64,000 nt of DNA from the IMG/VR virus record IMGVR_UViG_3300028591_000098, positions 99,396 through 163,395 of that record. One strand, given 5' to 3'. This DNA is from a virus. Lineage: Duplodnaviria; Caudoviricetes. The position numbers and the translations under genes are program-made. The notes under the pieces are model-generated. The model saw only the letters and a program-made list of their open reading frames with translations, ran no database searches and was not told the origin of the DNA. Numbering within the stretch: the first letter of the stretch is position 1; each line of letters opens with the position of its first letter. Positions 1-9,665 of the stretch are shown piece by piece.

Positions 1-332
1 TTGACTGTTTGATTTTCTGGTTTTACTTCAACAATAATATGAGTACCTTGTTCAGTTTCTAATACATAATCTGGATAATAATTACATTCTTTATTATCTA
101 ATCTACTAAAATATTTTATTGCAATAGGTTCACTTGCCCATTTTTTTATTTTTGGATTATTTTCACAAAATTGTATAAATTGATATTCTAAACCTGAACG
201 ATAAATAACTGGTTCATTTTTACATGAAGTAAAATATTTAGTTAAAAATCTTTGAGGAACTGTACCTTGATGATACTTAGAATCTCTTTTAGGTTTTAAA
301 TTTTTTATATTATTTGAAAATTTCTTTACCAT
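1..332 (-). CDS. T4 gp4-like head completion nuclease (TnsA-like), partial at window edge
   Basis: Not in ORF track; manual translation MVKKFSNNIKNLKPKRDSKYHQG...IYRSGLE...WASEPIAIKY...YYPDY...VEVKP shows gp4/TnsA motifs. Confidence 0.8.
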   Translation of the reverse strand, partial: MVKKFSNNIKNLKPKRDSKYHQGTVPQRFLTKYFTSCKNEPVIYRSGLEYQFIQFCENNPKIKKWASEPIAIKYFSRLDNKECNYYPDYVLETEQGTHIIVEVKPENQTV

Positions 333-334
333 AG

Positions 335-363
335 TTGAAATATATGCCTCTTTTTTCTATATT
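335..363 (+). promoter_or_regulatory. putative early/middle promoter TTGAAA-N17-TATATT
   Basis: Same motif recurs upstream of several minus-strand gene blocks. Confidence 0.55.
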
Positions 364-543
364 TAAAAATAAAATTATTTTTAATTATATTATAGGAAGC
401 GTCCTATAATTTAGCAACTAGATTTTCAAGAGTCAAATGAGTGACATTTGCATACAGAAGTTATGTAAAGTTTTGGCTAAGTCGAGTTTAAATATGTGAC
501 AGATATTTATAACAAGGCGATAAACTAAAAAATAAGTAATAAT

Positions 544-1185
544 ATGGAACAAACTAAATTCAAAAGATTCAAGAGAATCATTAAAAACCAATTGACAATA
601 ACTGTTATAATACTAATATTATGTTTATGCAGTTTAATGTTTGTAAATTGTAATAATGCAACAGCAAAACAATTACCAAAAACAACAAAAATAGAAACTG
701 TACAACAACAAAGGATTGATACTGCATCTATTAAAGATAGTTTACAAAATCAATTAATTAGTGAAGTATCAAAGTATGTAATGAGTCAAGCACCTAAGTC
801 TCATAAATTCATACCTAAATATTTAGTAAAAGCAGGTTTGTCAAATAATATTGATATATGTTTTATGATGGCTCAAACACAAATTGAAACTTGTTATGGA
901 ACCACTGGTGCAGGTCGTGAATCATCAAGACGTTCAATGTTTGGAATTATAAAGAGACATTATCCAACATATGAGGAAGCAATTAATCATTATTGCTCAG
1001 TATTAAAAAAATATTATTTAGTTAAAGGACGTACAGAACAACATTTATTGACTAAATATGTAACTGGTAGTGGTGGTAGATATGCAGGAAATCCTCATTA
1101 TGAAATGGAATTAAAATTAGCATATAACAATATTAAAAAGAGAACTAATATTCATTCATTACAAGAAGAATATAAGAAACTCTAA
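544..1185 (+). CDS. putative peptidoglycan hydrolase (glucosaminidase/lysozyme-like fold) with N-terminal membrane segment
   Basis: AQTQIETCYG and GRYAGNPHY motifs; hydrophobic N-terminus. Confidence 0.6.
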   Translation: MEQTKFKRFKRIIKNQLTITVIILILCLCSLMFVNCNNATAKQLPKTTKIETVQQQRIDTASIKDSLQNQLISEVSKYVMSQAPKSHKFIPKYLVKAGLSNNIDICFMMAQTQIETCYGTTGAGRESSRRSMFGIIKRHYPTYEEAINHYCSVLKKYYLVKGRTEQHLLTKYVTGSGGRYAGNPHYEMELKLAYNNIKKRTNIHSLQEEYKKL

Positions 1186-1206
1186 TAAATATATTTAATA
1201 AGAACA

Positions 1207-2007
1207 TTGAAACAACTTAAACAATTTTGGAAAAATTTTAAGACACATATTATTTATATATTAGTATTATGTTTATTAGTGTGTGCTTTTAGTATTTCTG
1301 TTAATAAATGTTCAAATGTAAGCAGAGAATATAGAAATAACATTGAAGCCTTGAATGATACTATTAAGTATTATCAAGACAAACATGGAAATTTGGTTGC
1401 TACGAAACTTGCATTTGAATCAGATGTTAACACACTTAAATTATTAAATAGACATCTATATGATCAAATAGATAGTCTAAAATTAAATAAGAATAATATT
1501 GCGCAAATTGTTTATGTTGATGGACAAATAGAAAATCCTCAGAAAGACACTGCTTATAAAGTTTCTCATGATACAATAAGTAGAGGTTTTTCTAAGGATT
1601 TTAATTTTAATGACAAATATCGTATTTTAGAAGGAAATGTTGCATATAAAAATGATTCGCTTAATTTAAATATTAATAAAGATATAGTTAATTTTGATTA
1701 TACAGTAGCTATGGATAAAGATAATAGAATTTATATTAAGTCAACAAATCCTTATGTAAAATATAAAGAAATAACTGGTTTTACTATATCTAAAGAAAAA
1801 GAAAAACATTGGGGATTAAATGCATTTACAAAGTTTGCATATGAACCAAAACATAATGATAGATTTTTAGATTTAGGTCTTTCAGTAGATTATACAATTA
1901 AAAGATTTTCTATAGGACCAACGATATATTATAATTATGATTTTTTGAATAAAGATAAAACAGTTTATTTTGGAGCATCTGCTAAAATAAATATATTAAA
2001 GTGGTGA
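1207..2007 (+). CDS. membrane-anchored coiled-coil protein, possibly spanin-like
   Basis: N-terminal TM, coiled coil, follows the hydrolase. Confidence 0.4.
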   Translation: MKQLKQFWKNFKTHIIYILVLCLLVCAFSISVNKCSNVSREYRNNIEALNDTIKYYQDKHGNLVATKLAFESDVNTLKLLNRHLYDQIDSLKLNKNNIAQIVYVDGQIENPQKDTAYKVSHDTISRGFSKDFNFNDKYRILEGNVAYKNDSLNLNINKDIVNFDYTVAMDKDNRIYIKSTNPYVKYKEITGFTISKEKEKHWGLNAFTKFAYEPKHNDRFLDLGLSVDYTIKRFSIGPTIYYNYDFLNKDKTVYFGASAKINILKW

Positions 2008-2012
2008 ACAAC

Positions 2013-2043
2013 ATGGATAGATTTTTAAAATCTATCCATTTTT
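2013..2043 (+). terminator. intrinsic terminator
   Basis: ATGGATAGA/TCTATCCAT hairpin followed by T tract. Confidence 0.75.
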
Positions 2044-2109
2044 CATAATTATTTTTTGTGAATAGATTTATTTTTAATAAATATTATAAATAAATTTAAA
2101 TATAAAACA

Positions 2110-3537
2110 ATGGATATATTTTTTGGTCAATTCGCTGTGGTGTTAGAATATTTAACTTCACAAGAAAAACAATTAAATAAAGAAATAAAATTGTTAAATC
2201 GTCAAAAAAATAATTGTGAAATTTTACTTAATACATTAGATACAACCGATCCACAATATAATGATATTAGTAAAAATTACACTAAATTAGAAACTGAATT
2301 ACATACAAAAGAAAACGAATTAGAGGCTATTAATAATGAAATTAGTAGTTTTAAAGATAATGCATCTTATGGTGGAGCAGCTAAGATTATTACTTCCCCA
2401 AAATTTAATCGTAATTTAGTATATAATGGAACTCCACAACAATTAGTATCAAATATTGGATATGCTATTGGAGGAACAATACAATTTAGATTATCAACAC
2501 AACAAGAATATAGTTCAGATATACCTACAGTAACAAATGCTGGATCATATTATGTATATTATAAAGCAATAGGTATTGATGGCAGAGAAGATTCAGAAGA
2601 AGTTGAAATAAATGTAAATATTTCAAAAGCAAATTTAACTATTATTCCACCTACAGGTATTGAAAATTTAGCTTATAATGGACAAGATCAAAAATTAATT
2701 AATCCAAATACTGGTCTTGTTAATGGTGAGCAATTAATAGAATATTCTATCGATAATAGTAGTACTTATAGTAGAAATATTCCAACCGGACAAAATGTAG
2801 GAAGTTATACTATATACTGGAGAATATATACAGCTGGAATAGATACCAATAATTATAATTATAGTGAAAATGATGATAATAGTGGTCAAATAAACGTTAA
2901 TATTAACAAAGGTAATTATAATATTACTGTAACTGTTGATGATTGTATCGTCGGTAGTACTCCTAATGTAATTATAGATGGATTAGAAAGATATGGTATA
3001 GAATCTTATACTGAGGAATATAAAAAAGTAACAGATCCAGATACTGAATATTCAACAGATGTACCTACTGAAATAGGTAGTTATATTGTTAAAGTACAGA
3101 TTGCTGGTAATAATAATTATAATGATTTTGTAAAAACTGTACAATTTAGAATTATGTCAGAAAATACTGATGTTCGAGTTGATGAATATTATTGGTATAT
3201 AGGTATTGATAACCCTATGGATAGTGATTCCATTTCATCTGTAGTTAATTATGATTCAACATTACCTGGTTGGAGATATATTGGAAATACTTTAGGTACT
3301 TATGATAAAAATACTAATAAATTATGGGATGGTGATAAAAACTCTATTATATTCCCTAAAAGGTCTAACTATTATATTGCATTACCATCAAATAAATTAA
3401 ATTTATATAATACTTTTGGTGCTAATGAAATGGAAAATTGCAACTTTATAGGAACTAAGAAAATAAACGGCAACATAGATTATTATATTTATCAACGTGC
3501 TGTATCTGTAAAACAATTTAACTTTAATATATATTAG
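2110..3537 (+). CDS. virion surface/fibre protein with coiled coil and Ig-like repeats; ends at TAG
   Basis: Repeated LxYNGxxQxL..YS..IP...NAGSYxVY units. Confidence 0.55.
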   Translation: MDIFFGQFAVVLEYLTSQEKQLNKEIKLLNRQKNNCEILLNTLDTTDPQYNDISKNYTKLETELHTKENELEAINNEISSFKDNASYGGAAKIITSPKFNRNLVYNGTPQQLVSNIGYAIGGTIQFRLSTQQEYSSDIPTVTNAGSYYVYYKAIGIDGREDSEEVEINVNISKANLTIIPPTGIENLAYNGQDQKLINPNTGLVNGEQLIEYSIDNSSTYSRNIPTGQNVGSYTIYWRIYTAGIDTNNYNYSENDDNSGQINVNINKGNYNITVTVDDCIVGSTPNVIIDGLERYGIESYTEEYKKVTDPDTEYSTDVPTEIGSYIVKVQIAGNNNYNDFVKTVQFRIMSENTDVRVDEYYWYIGIDNPMDSDSISSVVNYDSTLPGWRYIGNTLGTYDKNTNKLWDGDKNSIIFPKRSNYYIALPSNKLNLYNTFGANEMENCNFIGTKKINGNIDYYIYQRAVSVKQFNFNIY

Positions 3538-3591
3538 TTCAAATACGTAAGAATAAATAAGAAAACCAATATAAAATAAAATTATAATAAT

Positions 3592-5784
3592 ATGGCTTAT
3601 ATAGATAAAAAAAATAATATTGAATTTAATTCATTTGATGGTAATTTATTTCCATTTGGTAAAAAACTTGGTAATGAAATATATAACGGTGTAAATGTTG
3701 ATGATTTAATAGATATTTATGCAGATTATGGAAAATTACCTACAACATTTAATGGACTTGAAATTGATTGGAATGGTGCAACATTAAAAAATTTTCCACA
3801 ACCAAATGTAGACACCGAAATTAATACTACACCAGATTTAGTTAATGCAATTAAATCAACCAATAATTCAACATATAATTTTATTGGTGGATATGAGGGA
3901 TATTATACTAATAGTCAAGATTTTTCTTATATATCTGGAGAATTTTCAATATTTGGAGAAAAAGTAAATAATAATGATCATTATTATATTGGGTGTATTT
4001 TATATTATGATACTCGAAGTAATAATGAATCCCACATAGTTAGATGTGTACAATATGATAAAATAATTGAAAATACCAAATATTATGCATGGTCTAATGT
4101 AAATACTTATCAAGGAAATTTTTATATTGTTTATACTAAAAATGTTTGGAATTTAAAAGACAATATACAAAATCCTAATAATCCTGATAAAGTATATTAT
4201 TGTTCAAAAAATAATGATATGTTTGAAACAGGATATATTGTTAACAGTTATGGTTTTAGCGATAATCGAATAAGATATACCCCTGAAGAAAATGCGTTAC
4301 CACTGTTTTCAATATTCACAGATAAATCTGGAAAAGAATATGTTTATGATAATAAATTTGATGAAAATACAGGGTTCATACATTCTTTAAATAATGATAA
4401 TGAAAATCCTAGTGAAGTTGGTCCACAAGGTCCAAGAGGTTATCAAGGTTATCAAGGTAATAAAGGTGATACAGGTATTGGACAACAGGGTCCACAAGGT
4501 AACCAAGGTGTTAAAGGAGATACTGTAACTGGTCCACAAGGTAACCAAGGTGTTAAAGGAGATACTGTAACTGGTCCACAAGGTAACCAAGGTGTTAAAG
4601 GAGATACTATAACTGGTCCACAAGGTAACCAAGGTGTTAAAGGTGATACAGGTATTGGACAACAGGGTCCACAAGGTAACCAAGGTGTTAAAGGAGATAC
4701 TGTAACTGGTCCACAAGGTAACCAAGGTGTTAAAGGGGATGCAGGAAATGATGCAGTTACTTATGAAATACAATCATCCATTGAAAGTGTTAAGATTTTA
4801 AGCGATCAAACATCTGTATCTAAATCTATAACTTTTAAATTTTACTCTAAGACAGGAAGTGCAGAAAAACAAAAATTTAATACCTATTTTACAATCTATA
4901 CAAGAAATAGTGTTGGATTTTATTCCCTTGTTTATCCTCCTATATCTTCTGTGTATAATACTACTTCAGTATCACATACATTTGATAATATCACACAAAG
5001 TGTTAATGCTATTGTTATTTATATTTGGGGTAATGACTCTTCTAATGTTCCAACTGAAAACCCTCAAAATTATCCTCCTGAAAATTATTCTTACCTTGCA
5101 AAAAAGGAAATTCCTATCTTAAAGGATGGCAATACTGGAGAGAAAGGAGATGCTGGTCCACAAGGTACCCAAGGTCAAAGAGGTCCTCAAGGTCCTAAAG
5201 GTGAATCAGGTTTATCATTGGCATATCAACCATATAATTTCTTTGGTGTTGCATTACAAATCGGTATTCAAAATAAGGCGGCATATTTTAGAACAATGTA
5301 TGATGTAGATACACCAGTTAAATATTATTTTGCCGAAATATCGATTCAGAACATTGGAATGGCAGTTAGATATGTACAATTTGATAAAACAATAGGAAAC
5401 ACTAAATATTATGCATGGTGTTTACGTAATGATTCATTTAATGATATAAATGATAATTATCAAGATGCTAGTGAATATGTATATTATACCACAGAGGTTA
5501 AAAATCTTACTGGTGCTTATGGTGATGTTGATGATCCAGTTGCATCACCAGTATATAGATATTCTGATATACTTGAAGATGAACCACAACCAGCATCTGT
5601 TGTTGACGATAGTTATTTTAGTATAGAAGAATTGGATGGTTGTGCAGATGAAGATGCAGTACCATTATTTTCTATAATTTCGGATAAAAAAGGAACACGT
5701 TATATTTATGATAATAATATTCGTGGAGATTTAGGTGTTGTACGTTCATTAAAAGATGATATAAACTATATTCTTAGTAATTAA
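3592..5784 (+). CDS. collagen-repeat tail fibre-like protein
   Basis: Two Gly-X-Y tracts; duplicated globular domain. Confidence 0.7.
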   Translation: MAYIDKKNNIEFNSFDGNLFPFGKKLGNEIYNGVNVDDLIDIYADYGKLPTTFNGLEIDWNGATLKNFPQPNVDTEINTTPDLVNAIKSTNNSTYNFIGGYEGYYTNSQDFSYISGEFSIFGEKVNNNDHYYIGCILYYDTRSNNESHIVRCVQYDKIIENTKYYAWSNVNTYQGNFYIVYTKNVWNLKDNIQNPNNPDKVYYCSKNNDMFETGYIVNSYGFSDNRIRYTPEENALPLFSIFTDKSGKEYVYDNKFDENTGFIHSLNNDNENPSEVGPQGPRGYQGYQGNKGDTGIGQQGPQGNQGVKGDTVTGPQGNQGVKGDTVTGPQGNQGVKGDTITGPQGNQGVKGDTGIGQQGPQGNQGVKGDTVTGPQGNQGVKGDAGNDAVTYEIQSSIESVKILSDQTSVSKSITFKFYSKTGSAEKQKFNTYFTIYTRNSVGFYSLVYPPISSVYNTTSVSHTFDNITQSVNAIVIYIWGNDSSNVPTENPQNYPPENYSYLAKKEIPILKDGNTGEKGDAGPQGTQGQRGPQGPKGESGLSLAYQPYNFFGVALQIGIQNKAAYFRTMYDVDTPVKYYFAEISIQNIGMAVRYVQFDKTIGNTKYYAWCLRNDSFNDINDNYQDASEYVYYTTEVKNLTGAYGDVDDPVASPVYRYSDILEDEPQPASVVDDSYFSIEELDGCADEDAVPLFSIISDKKGTRYIYDNNIRGDLGVVRSLKDDINYILSN
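4420..4746 (+). repeat. coding tandem repeat (42- and 51-bp units) encoding interrupted collagen
   Basis: ggtccacaaggtaaccaaggtgttaaagg repeated five times; GPQGNQGVKGDTVT / GPQGNQGVKGDTGIGQQ. Confidence 0.95.
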
Positions 5785-5816
5785 ATCATTTTATAAAATA
5801 AATAATAAATTGAATT

Positions 5817-6182
5817 ATGGGATATACATATGATAATGTAGAATTTAAATCATTTGATGGTAATATATTTCCATTTGGTAAAAAACTTGGTAATGAAACA
5901 TATAATGGTGCAAATGCCAATGATTTATCAGATATTGTTACAGAAAATAATGGAAAATTGCCTACAACATTTAATGCCATTGAAATAGATTGGAATACTG
6001 CAACACTTGATAAATCAGGAAAAAATATTAGTATTAAAACAACTCCAGAATTAATGGCATTATTAGAAAAAATGTTACAAAGTTACAAAAAAAAGAATGA
6101 ATCTGATAATAAATGGAGTTTATATTTAGGATATTTTCAACCTGATGAAAATAATCCAAATGAAGGAACATTGATATTGTAA
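5817..6182 (+). CDS. hypothetical protein, paralog of the N-terminus of 3592..5784
   Basis: Shared SFDGNxFPFGKKLGNExYNG...GKLPTTFNxxEIDWN. Confidence 0.75.
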   Translation: MGYTYDNVEFKSFDGNIFPFGKKLGNETYNGANANDLSDIVTENNGKLPTTFNAIEIDWNTATLDKSGKNISIKTTPELMALLEKMLQSYKKKNESDNKWSLYLGYFQPDENNPNEGTLIL

Positions 6183-6190
6183 ATAAAATA

Positions 6191-6220
6191 AAAAGTGGAA
6201 GTTTCGAAACTTCCACTTTT
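6191..6220. terminator. bidirectional intrinsic terminator
   Basis: Perfect palindrome aaaagtggaagtttcgaaacttccactttt between convergent genes. Confidence 0.85.
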
Positions 6221-6224
6221 ATTT

Positions 6225-7310
6225 TTATGCCAATTCAAATACTGGACGAGTATTACACTTAACAATATTTCCTCGTTTATTGATAACAAAAGGTTCTTTA
6301 CCTTCCTGTACTTCAAATTCTTTAATCTTAACTTTTATCTTATTACCTGCTTTATAATCAAGTAAATCACTTGCATCTATAGGCATAAGACCAGTTATAT
6401 ATTTTCCATCCAATTCAATAAATACGCCTGTTTTCTTTTGTGAATTTATTATACCTGTAATTGTACCATCATATACTTCTGGAACATATGTAACATTTTC
6501 ATTTTGACCAAGAAGATATTTATTATACATTTCAGAAAGATTATTCATACCCATAATTTGAAGTACTCTCTTTCTAGAACCAACCAATGAATTTTCAACT
6601 TCACCAGTTTTGAAATCTTTTCTAAACTCTACAAACTTTTGAGGAACAATAATAACATCCTTATCAATCCATTGTTCAAAATTATGCTCAATATTTAATA
6701 CAATATGAGAACCTGGAATAAATACTGAATGTGTATAATTCTTTCCAGTAAGATTATTAAGGGTTACAATAGGTGTATGACAAACAAATCCTCCTTCAAC
6801 ATTCTTATCAATATGAACTTCAATTCCTTCTTCCTTTTGAATTGCTTTATTAATATTAGCAACCCATGCTTTATAATATGCAGTTATTATAGAAACATAA
6901 TATTTATTATTTTTCTTTTCACGTACTTCAAAAATCAATTTGTTTCCATGATCCAAAAGATAGTTTTGAATATTATCAATACATGTTGTAAAGTTTTCCT
7001 TACATATAATTTCTTCTTTAACACCAGGTACATCAAATGTAATATAGTTCTTAGTAAGTTCTTTAACTGTACCTGAAATAATTTGACCAAGAGAAATTTG
7101 TGTTACATTATTAATTGATTTATTGGTCTTTACATCTTGAGATATATCAATACCATAATATATCGCAAATGCTTTTGACAAAGGAATATTTTTATATGCT
7201 TCCTTTACATATTTAAGACGTTCTTTATCGTTCTTAAAAATTGGAAAGTCTTCATCCTTCATTATATCTGCATAGGTAAGAAGACGTTGTTTATTTGTAT
7301 TATTTGCCAT
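6225..7310 (-). CDS. ribosomal protein S1-like protein (about three S1/OB domains)
   Basis: GQIISGTVKE, GGFV...VFIPGSHI, SLVGSRK, GTITG...GVFIEL..ITGLM. Confidence 0.7.
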   Translation of the reverse strand: MANNTNKQRLLTYADIMKDEDFPIFKNDKERLKYVKEAYKNIPLSKAFAIYYGIDISQDVKTNKSINNVTQISLGQIISGTVKELTKNYITFDVPGVKEEIICKENFTTCIDNIQNYLLDHGNKLIFEVREKKNNKYYVSIITAYYKAWVANINKAIQKEEGIEVHIDKNVEGGFVCHTPIVTLNNLTGKNYTHSVFIPGSHIVLNIEHNFEQWIDKDVIIVPQKFVEFRKDFKTGEVENSLVGSRKRVLQIMGMNNLSEMYNKYLLGQNENVTYVPEVYDGTITGIINSQKKTGVFIELDGKYITGLMPIDASDLLDYKAGNKIKVKIKEFEVQEGKEPFVINKRGNIVKCNTRPVFELA

Positions 7311-7431
7311 TTATTTTTAGATTTTGTGGACTGCAAACTAGTCCGGGTTAAACATAAGTTAATTGTTAAAATTTGTTTTATAATTATAATATAGACTTTA
7401 TATATTTTAAAATTTAATAAAAATGTTAAAA

Positions 7432-7749
7432 TTAATCAGCTTTTACTAAATTATCTGAATCATCTGGTTTTTTAGGATTACCGCGTTGATCTAAAGCTTT
7501 TTGACATGTACCGTCATCTAACCATTCATATTCAAAAAGATCATCTTTAATTTTTACTTGACCATGAATAATATTTGGTACCTCTTTATAATCAACTTTG
7601 GTAACTATAACTTGACGACCATCTTTAGTCATTACTGGTTTTTCATCTTGAATCCATTGATCATCTATAGGATCGCCTTTTTGTTCAAAAGCTTTTTTTA
7701 GATTTACTTTAAATAGTTCTTCTTTAAGTAATGTTACTATATCTTTCAT
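7432..7749 (-). CDS. hypothetical protein, possible internal head protein
   Basis: N-terminus MKDIVTLLKEE; late-type motif upstream. Confidence 0.5.
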   Translation of the reverse strand: MKDIVTLLKEELFKVNLKKAFEQKGDPIDDQWIQDEKPVMTKDGRQVIVTKVDYKEVPNIIHGQVKIKDDLFEYEWLDDGTCQKALDQRGNPKKPDDSDNLVKAD

Positions 7750-7784
7750 AATGATGATGAAATATTTATTTAAAAATAATTTAC

Positions 7785-8039
7785 TTATATTTTTATTGAG
7801 GTCTTATAATCATCATTTTCCTCTTTTATCCAAACTTTACCAATAATTCCACCACGATTAATGGTATTCAAAAGATGATTTTTAAATTTTTCTTCATCAT
7901 CAAATTCTTCAATAAAATCCCAACATCCTATTTTCCATGGTTCTTCAATACAATTCCAGAATTCACAATTATTATTAAATTTATTATGAATATCTCGATC
8001 TTCTAACCACCATTCTTCAATACAATAAATCTTCTTCAT
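7785..8039 (-). CDS. hypothetical protein
   Basis: ORF in dense minus-strand cluster. Confidence 0.6.
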   Translation of the reverse strand: MKKIYCIEEWWLEDRDIHNKFNNNCEFWNCIEEPWKIGCWDFIEEFDDEEKFKNHLLNTINRGGIIGKVWIKEENDDYKTSIKI

Positions 8040-8066
8040 ATTATTCTACTTCATCTATTGTAATTA

Positions 8067-8273
8067 TTAATTATTTAATGTATATTTCAAATATTCTCCT
8101 TTATTTAACCCATGTAAAAACCACCTAAAATCTTCTAAATCAGACCATTGTCCAGATGCCGAATAAAATCTACCATTTTTTTCTAAATGTGGTTCATCAA
8201 AATGTAAACAATATTTACCATCTAAATTTCTTACAATATAAACAGTTTGTGGTCTATCTAAATCTACGTCCAT
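8067..8273 (-). CDS. hypothetical protein
   Basis: ORF in dense minus-strand cluster. Confidence 0.6.
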   Translation of the reverse strand: MDVDLDRPQTVYIVRNLDGKYCLHFDEPHLEKNGRFYSASGQWSDLEDFRWFLHGLNKGEYLKYTLNN

Positions 8274-8290
8274 GATTATTTATTATTATA

Positions 8291-8464
8291 TTACCATTTA
8301 TGTATTAATTCGATATGTAAAGAAGGACATGTATTGCCATTTTCGTCTTTAAAACACCCACATAATTCTTTGTTAATTTCATATAATCCTTCATATGCAT
8401 CAACATAAACAACATCATTATCAGAATATTTACTTAAGAATTTTTTTATTTCTTTTATTGTCAT
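8291..8464 (-). CDS. hypothetical protein (57 aa, not in ORF track)
   Basis: MTIKEIKKFLSKYSDNDVVYVD... fills the gap between neighbours. Confidence 0.6.
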   Translation of the reverse strand: MTIKEIKKFLSKYSDNDVVYVDAYEGLYEINKELCGCFKDENGNTCPSLHIELIHKW

Positions 8465-8465
8465 A

Positions 8466-8732
8466 TTAATTAATTTTTATAAGTTTATGTGGTTGTCTTA
8501 ATATGTATGGTCTTTCAACATAACTATATTTACCATTTTTATATATAAAACTTTTAGCCCAAAATTCATCTTGGTCCTTTTCATTAATTTGTATCTTAAC
8601 AAAACATTCAGTAAATCCAATCACAGTACCTTTATGAAAACTTTCCCATCTACCATCATACCATTGGTGCATATAAACAACATTATCACCAATATTCAAT
8701 TCATTATTAAATGTATCTACCATAATTACCAA
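8466..8732 (-). CDS. hypothetical SH3/KOW-like protein
   Basis: DTFNNELNIGDNV..KGTVIGFT..FVKI, shared with C-terminal half of 13483..13926. Confidence 0.6.
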   Translation of the reverse strand: MVIMVDTFNNELNIGDNVVYMHQWYDGRWESFHKGTVIGFTECFVKIQINEKDQDEFWAKSFIYKNGKYSYVERPYILRQPHKLIKIN

Positions 8733-8914
8733 TTATTTTTCTTTTTTATTTTTTCCCAAACTTTATCATACTTTTCTTTTTCCGTCATTTTCCTTAAGAG
8801 TTCGGTAAAATCAATTTGCCAATGTTGACCTCCTTGTCTTAAAAATTCAATCTTCTTAACTTCATTCCATCTTTCAATATCAAAGGATGGATAATTTTTT
8901 GTTGTATATGGCAT
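8726..8914 (-). CDS. hypothetical protein
   Basis: Tightly packed ORF. Confidence 0.55.
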   Translation of the reverse strand: MPYTTKNYPSFDIERWNEVKKIEFLRQGGQHWQIDFTELLRKMTEKEKYDKVWEKIKKKNNW

Positions 8915-8916
8915 AT

Positions 8917-9453
8917 TTATAAAACTTTATTTTTGTAAAGACCTTCTTGTACAAACCATTCATCAATATATTTCCAATCACAAACTTTGCATTTTTCACC
9001 AAATTTGTTTTCAATTATAATATATTTCATTCCAACACTATGATCATCTATAAAATAATCAGCATATACTTTTCTGGAATTATCATTAGTACATTCTTCC
9101 CATAACCCATTACAATTTATCCAATCTAACTTTATTCCATTATCTGTAAAAACTTTAATTGCAGGAGTTAATATATCTACAAATCCCATATTCATTCCAT
9201 ATTTATCTATAGAATATTTATAAAGATCTTTACAACATATTGGGTACATATAGCTACGTTGGGTGTACAAACTCAATTTATGCCCTTCATATTGTAATTT
9301 TTTAACGACTTCTATTGCGCCAGGAATTATTGGTCCAATGTAAGGCCATTCATCTAAACAAATAGTATTATCAAAATCAAGACATATATTTTTTGATTTT
9401 CCTAAAATTTTATAATATTTATCTGTACCGTATTCTGTATCAATCGTCTCCAT
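8917..9453 (-). CDS. HAD-superfamily hydrolase
   Basis: ICLDFDNTI motif I, LYTQR, KVYADYFIDD. Confidence 0.8.
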   Translation of the reverse strand: METIDTEYGTDKYYKILGKSKNICLDFDNTICLDEWPYIGPIIPGAIEVVKKLQYEGHKLSLYTQRSYMYPICCKDLYKYSIDKYGMNMGFVDILTPAIKVFTDNGIKLDWINCNGLWEECTNDNSRKVYADYFIDDHSVGMKYIIIENKFGEKCKVCDWKYIDEWFVQEGLYKNKVL

Positions 9454-9664
9454 TTACTTTATCAAATGTTTTTGCAAATAATTTAATACGTTCCTCTTCA
9501 TCTAAAGATTTAAATTCAGGATATTTTTCATTAATTATCTCTGCAGCTTTAACCATGTTTTTCATTGACTCATTTTGTTTTCTGCAAGATTCATCCCATC
9601 TTTTTCTATCTTCTTCTTGTTTTTGTCGAACAATTTTGCGTCGTTTATTAAATACTGACATATC
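9440..9664 (-). CDS. hypothetical protein (start probably MSVFNK)
   Basis: Shorter start avoids overlap with the upstream gene. Confidence 0.5.
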   Translation of the reverse strand, partial: DMSVFNKRRKIVRQKQEEDRKRWDESCRKQNESMKNMVKAAEIINEKYPEFKSLDEEERIKLFAKTFDKVNGDD

Positions 9665-9665
9665 A

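Noticed and set aside
4420-4746. Possible CRISPR array
   Set aside because: Repeats are in-frame collagen codons with no unique spacers.
4387-5308. ORF-track entries 4387..4773, 4859..5122, 5126..5308 and similar short overlapping or antisense ORFs across the window
   Set aside because: Shadows of longer credible genes; low-complexity translations.
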